This document shows, in pieces, positions 56,351-56,820 of a stretch of 56,820 nt of DNA. This stretch comes from an uncultured Woeseia sp. (GTDB taxonomy: Bacteria > Pseudomonadota > Gammaproteobacteria > Steroidobacterales > UBA11654). The stretch is from contig CAYQEV010000003.1 of assembly GCA_964416745.1 (NCBI GenBank), positions 1 through 56,820 on the forward strand. Direction: 5' to 3'. How positions within the stretch are numbered: position 1 is the stretch's first letter; every line of letters starts with the position of its first letter. The notes under the pieces are model-generated. The model did not search any database, was not told the origin of the DNA, and saw only the letters and a list, made by a program, of their open reading frames with translations. Position numbers and translations under genes: made by a program.

Positions 56351-56473
56351 AGTCTTGTTCCCTAAAATAAGTTAATTAAATGTAGAATATATCAAAGTTT
56401 ATACTTGATAAAGAGTTGTCAAATTATTTTCATTAAATGATAATCATAGGTAGCTTAATTTAAGGAGAGGAAG

Positions 56474-56749
56474 ATGTCTGAAATAAGACTTTCATGGTCT
56501 GGCACTAATGTTACTGTGACGGAAGAATATTTGGATGAAACCCGTGTTTCAATCAACATGGAGCAGAGTAGAGCTTTTAGAGACTGGCGAGTTCCAAGAG
56601 CAATAGAGTTAGCACAAAGAAATCTAGAAGCCTTAGAGGCTGACAATGCTTCAGAAGAAATACAAGCTACTTTAGCCATGTACATAGGAGAACTATATAT
56701 TTGGCAAGAGGACGGTGAGTTAGTCGAGCCGGAAGTTAAAGCAAGTTAA
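56474..56749 (+). CDS. Hypothetical small acidic protein
   Basis: 91 aa. Strong RBS AAGGAGAGG 4 nt before the ATG. No recognisable motif. Divergent from the operon. Confidence 0.55.
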   Translation: MSEIRLSWSGTNVTVTEEYLDETRVSINMEQSRAFRDWRVPRAIELAQRNLEALEADNASEEIQATLAMYIGELYIWQEDGELVEPEVKAS

Positions 56750-56770
56750 TAATAAGCGGGGGTTTATACA

Positions 56771-56820
56771 ATGGCTGAGTATGAGATATGGAAATTCTTG
56801 CACATTTGTATGTTTGTGTT
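56771..56820 (+). CDS. Start of an ORF running off the window (MAEYEIWKFLHICMFV..), possibly a membrane protein
   Basis: ATG at 56771, 21 nt after the previous stop. Only 16 codons are visible. Confidence 0.3.
   Translation, partial: MAEYEIWKFLHICMFV

Noticed and set aside
56455-56685. 76-aa minus-strand ORF overlapping the 56474-56749 plus-strand ORF
   Set aside because: The plus-strand ORF has a strong AAGGAGAGG RBS and is longer. The minus-strand ORF has no RBS and would run toward the operon promoter region.
1-56820. Search for tRNA, rRNA, tmRNA, CRISPR, IS elements, toxin-antitoxin pairs and known defence systems
   Set aside because: All intergenic regions are 221 nt or shorter and AT-rich, with no cloverleaf-capable GC-rich segments. 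There are no transposase, Cas, restriction-modification, Abi or TA-like small gene pairs. The only mobile-element-type gene is the integrase homologue.

Overview
AT-rich, extremely gene-dense bacterial chromosomal segment. GC looks like 35-40% by eye and was not computed. Many intergenic gaps are 0-40 nt, and several gene junctions overlap or sit stop-to-stop. Protein signatures point to a streamlined, probably marine, gammaproteobacterium: RpoH very close to E. coli sigma-32 including the QRKLFFKLR box, plus rpmB-rpmG, mutM, coaD, rsmD and gltBD. The taxon is inference only.

Positions 1-34 kb are housekeeping and central metabolism: argS (partial), priA, an aminotransferase, a three-gene pnt transhydrogenase, an HNH protein, a fructosamine-kinase-like protein, acs, a MATE pump, gabD, a flavin-reductase fusion, an Na:alanine symporter, gltBD, trmB, rpoH, rsmD, coaD, ggt, mutM, rpmBG, dut, pyrE, xthA, ampG and a YjiH-like membrane protein.

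Positions 34-56.4 kb are accessory catabolic genes:
- A Rieske/NmrA/SDR group.
- A 1.46-kb integrase-only islet flanked by nested direct repeats.
- A roughly 17-kb cluster holding adhC, a UbiD-family decarboxylase, two paralogous CN-hydrolases (one lacking the nucleophile Cys) and a Tat-exported SpdH-like flavoprotein.
- In the same cluster, an MFS transporter and a tight six-gene operon containing a Tat-exported NarG/EbdA-type (type II DMSO-reductase family) molybdoenzyme. No beta, gamma or chaperone partner for it lies in the window.

I recognised no rRNA, tRNA, CRISPR array, IS element or classical defence system.

The best candidates for undescribed biology are the orphan type II molybdoenzyme operon (48.1-56.4 kb) and the UbiD + Cys-less CN-hydrolase gene pair (40.7-43.2 kb). 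All functional calls rest on motifs I read in the translations and on remembered family signatures. No database search was run.
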